The notes beneath the pieces are model-generated. The model was given only the letters and a program-made list of their open reading frames with translations. It was not told the origin of the DNA and made no database searches. The translations under genes were made by a program, and so were the position numbers. From Selaginella moellendorffii (Eukaryota; Plantae; Lycopodiophyta): 64,000 bases of DNA. Below are positions 60,503 through 64,000 of the stretch, piece after piece (the stretch's first letter is position 1; each line of letters starts with the position of its first letter). The stretch is taken from the NCBI RefSeq assembly GCF_000143415.4, contig NW_003314264.1, forward strand, positions 2,427,710 through 2,491,709. The letters run 5' to 3'.

Positions 60503-61479
60503 TCTTGAAATTTTAAATAAGCATTGTTAGATTTAATTACACTTTATAAGTAATTGAAATGAAAAAAGACTATTAATTTGGTGCCTTCTAATATAGTTTA
60601 GAGTGAAAATTACTAATCCACTAATATTAGTTAATTCTTGAAAAGATCAGCTAGAGAATGTTTTGGGATGGGTTTATAAGTATAAAATAGCCCTTAAGTA
60701 CAATCCAAAGATGTTTATTTTAAAACTATTTAAAGCATATTAAAATAGAAAAACCAAAATCTTATTTGGTTATTTCTTGAAAATTCTAAAAAATTTGTAT
60801 TGAGTACATAGTGATTTAAATTCTAAACTTGAAAATTATGAGTATTAATACTATAGAATTTTAATTAAATTAAACATCTGTTTAGTTGGAGAGAAACCCC
60901 ACCTTGCCACTCCAAGAGCTACCCAAAGGAGGTCACTTACTTCTATAGTGTGAAATATAGTGTGTGCATTCAAGGGGTGATTCAATACCACATTGAGTAG
61001 AAATTTTTTTTTATAGGTTTTATAAGAGGGATATTTGGAATTCAAAACATTCAGCACCATTCTCTTTTTTTCACTCAACTTATTATGTTGTTGAATACAG
61101 TGATCTCTGTCTCTCTCTCTCTCACACACACATAAATTCACAAGTAAAAACTTACATTTTCTAAAAGTAGTTTTACCTAGTATGCAAAATATTTTGTCTA
61201 GATCAAACCCTAACAACAGCCTACCTGTACAAAAAAGTCCATGCTCTTATACTTGCACCATAAATAGCATTCTTTCTTGTCTTTCTTTCTGATGATGAGC
61301 TTCCAGCTAAAAAGATAAATAACTGCAAGCCTTTGGATCCATTAGAGAGTGCGCATAAGAGTATAGTGTGCTATATGCAACACTCATACTTTCACAATGG
61401 GCTGTACACGAGGTGAAAATGTGGTAGAACTAAGATCTTCGTGGAAGTGGAAGAAGACGCATTGTAAATTGGATATGTA

Positions 61480-61920
61480 ATGCCATACAACTGGCTGTTG
61501 TCTTCCCTGGTTGCCAAAGACATGCGAAAGAAAAAATCAAAACTTACTCTTGGTTGCTGGCATGGATTCAAAAAGCATCGTTCTCAACTGAGCTTGTGTT
61601 CTCCACAATCTTGGAGTGTGCTTGAGCATCTGCCATCACACCAGCAGTCATCAAACTTTTCTATGCTAGATGGCAAGCACTAATGAACAAGTAGCCTTAT
61701 TGCATTTTCAACTTTGATGAGATTGGGATCTGTCATGTTGTGTCTAAAAAGCGAGGATAGAGGTTTATGCTGTAGCTACTAATGGAAGTAAGCTCCTGAT
61801 TCACAATATTTAAAGGGGAAAACCAAGTAGGCTGGTTAAAGAGCTATGTGAGCAAGGAGCATCCATGCACATAAACACATTAATTCATGGATGAGCAATA
61901 ATGGGCTTGTCATCTCATGT
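61480..61920 (+). mobile_element. Possible degenerate pogo/Tc1-mariner transposase relic
   Basis: Fragments across frames: GCWHGFKKHRSQLSLCSPQ (CENP-B-type HTH end), NFDEIG, AVATNGSKL, IFKGE, SWMSN. No TIRs found. Confidence 0.45.
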
Positions 61921-62618
61921 GGCATCTCTTTAATAAATCTCATAGTGGTGAGGCTGTTGTGGAGAAGGCATTTGAGTTCATATTTCAGGCAGAGGGAATA
62001 AGATTACCATATACCTCATACAACCTCTTGACATGAGTTACTTTCCAAGGTAATTATTTGTGCCAAGTACATGGGTTGATAGCTGCACTCCCACAAAGAT
62101 CTTAGTAGAAATAAAAAGACCAAAAGTGTTGAGATATGCAAAACCTTCAAAAACATGTATTATAACTCACTCCCATTCGGGCCACAGGGTGTGGCCGGTG
62201 CCAGGGATAGGCAGCTAATGGTATGTTGGAGAAACACCTGGATCAACGTCCTAGCACAATAAAGGACGACATCTCCTTCACTTTGAGGTTGCTAGAGGAC
62301 CTGAGTTGTTCAACACTTTTTGGTCAAAAGTATAAATGTGGCAAAAGATATCAGTGTTAAAAGCATTGCATTTGCATCCTCATGCCTCCCAAAAACATGT
62401 ATATTACTCCCATTTTTTACAGAAATTTTGCAAGTATCTCCAACCTCCTCAACATACTTGGAGCCCCAGCTATGGCTGGCTCTCATGACTGAAAATAGCT
62501 GATTAAAAAAACTACTTCAGCCATGAGCCTTATCGTGAGTTGTATATCAAATTTTCAAGAAACTGCAGTCAGTTCTCCGTTTGACAAAAGAAAATGAAAC
62601 AAGAGTTGGATTATCAAT

Positions 62619-63569
62619 TCACAGAGAAGACCAGAGTTGGATTCCAGGCAAAGTGTGACCACCATCTTCGAGATAGATCTGGCCGGTGATATAAGACGAG
62701 TGCTCATCGCTCGCGAGAATGAGCACGAGAGACGTCAAGCCTGGAGATACTAGTCCGAAGCGGCGCAGTGGAACGATCGTGGCCGCTGCGTCGTGGACCC
62801 AGGCTTGATCGAGAAGGCCTTCAGTGATCTCCGATCGAAAGATCCCAGCTGCGATGGCGTTTACTCGGATCTTAAACTTGCCAAGCTCCAAGGCCATGAT
62901 CTAAAAGAGGTTAGAATCGCGATCACGGAAGAAAGATCTGGGGCTGGTACCTGAGTCAAGCGATTGATCGCAGCCTTGGATGAACCGTATGCCGTCCCGC
63001 CGGGAAGAATGCCCCCGGATGATGCAGAGGAGGAGATATTGATGATCGAGCCGGGTTTCTTGGCAGCCACCATCCTCCTCGCGACAGCCTTGGAAACCAG
63101 CCATGTACCTCTCGTGTTCGTGTTAAAGGTTTTGTTCCAATCCTCTTCGTCCAACTCCAGAGGCGATTTTACAGGCCCTGTGAAGAAAAAAAAAAAACTA
63201 CTATCACAAGAGAGTCAAGGAATCTTCACGGGAAAAAAAAAAAAAAAAAACAAACAAGCGACGGGAGGGAATTTGCAAGCGAGAGAGAGAGAGAGAGTTG
63301 CCTCTAATGCCTGCATTGTTGATGAGCACGTCCACGCCTCCAAAGAAACTCCACGCCCGATCAATGGCGGCATCGATGGATCTCTCACTTGCGCTCACAT
63401 CCAGCTCCACAGCGCGCGCATCGTCGCGCCCGATCTCCTCGCACACCGTCCGCGCAGCGAGCACCACCCGATAAGATCCATGCCGTGCGAACGCGATCGC
63501 GAATTCCTAGCCCAGCCCGGACGATGCTCCCGTGACCAAGACCACTCTCTTCTTCTTCTCGCCCTCCAT
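62619..63569 (-). pseudogene. Short-chain dehydrogenase/reductase with PTS1-like SSL end and a premature stop
   Basis: VVLVTGASSGLG*EFA (TAG at 63507-63509), LINNAG, YGSSK, IRVNAIAAG, ending WSSL. Confidence 0.82.
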
Positions 63570-63889
63570 CCAACCTAGTGTTTTGGCTGTTAAATGCAAA
63601 TTTCTATTTACAACCATTTCCCCCCTCGTTAGAAACAAAGGCATCGCAAATATTTGTGAAGAAACGAATGGTCATTTCTCTGCGAGTTCGCCACCACTTT
63701 GCTTGTTTTTTTCTTTTTTTTTTCTTCGTGCCCCTGTAGATGCCTGAATGATCATACTTACAAGCAGCTATCTATCAGGAAGAATGAAAGAACAAGGCAT
63801 AGGAGGAAGAAGAAGAACATCAAAGTAAAATAGAACAACGAGGAGAAGCGAGAAGAAGATCGGCGACGAGAGAAAGAAGCGAGAGGATA

Positions 63890-64000
63890 TTAGAAGTGGA
63901 TCTGCCGGCAATGGCTGGACGAGGCCTCCATGGGACAGTAGGGGCACTTGAAAGGCCGAGTGTTACCTTTGGCGAGCTTGACGATGGACTGCTTGCACAG
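63890..64000 (-). CDS. 3' end of an RMD5/GID2-like (CTLH complex) RING protein, partial
   Basis: LCKQSIVKLAKGNTRPFKCPYCPMEASSSHCRQIHF*. Confidence 0.8.
   Translation of the reverse strand: MCKQSIVKLAKGNTRPFKCPYCPMEASSSHCRQIHF

Overview
Gene-dense land-plant nuclear DNA with very short (~50-60 bp) introns. This style fits a lycophyte such as Selaginella, but that is inference only. Bases 1-44 kb are a head-to-tail array of three diverged copies of a ~11 kb segment, and a junction at 59/60 shows a further copy upstream. Each copy carries a 5'-truncated RING-CH E3 ligase, a minimal USP deubiquitinase, a glutathionyl-hydroquinone reductase, an organellar release factor 1, an OVATE-like protein, an atypical Dof-like zinc-finger protein and an EamA/DMT transporter. 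The copies are decaying in different genes; only the Dof-like gene is intact in all three. Mobile elements: three copies of one chromodomain-less Ty3/Gypsy family (175-bp LTRs, 4-bp TSD, tRNA-Ala PBS, and a G_GGA_AAC slippery site plus H-type pseudoknot between gag and pol); two Cassandra-type TRIMs with 5S-rRNA-derived LTRs, nested in two of those Gypsy copies; one intact Ty1/Copia with identical 88-bp LTRs; and a probable pogo-like relic. Single-copy genes at 44-64 kb: plastid SecE, a DUF506 protein, bacterial-type RF3 flanked by two identical tRNA-Phe genes, PRPP synthetase, a BTB/POZ protein, a nonsense-mutated peroxisomal SDR, and the 3' end of an RMD5/GID2 homologue. Exon boundaries were read by eye, so gene coordinates span introns and are approximate.
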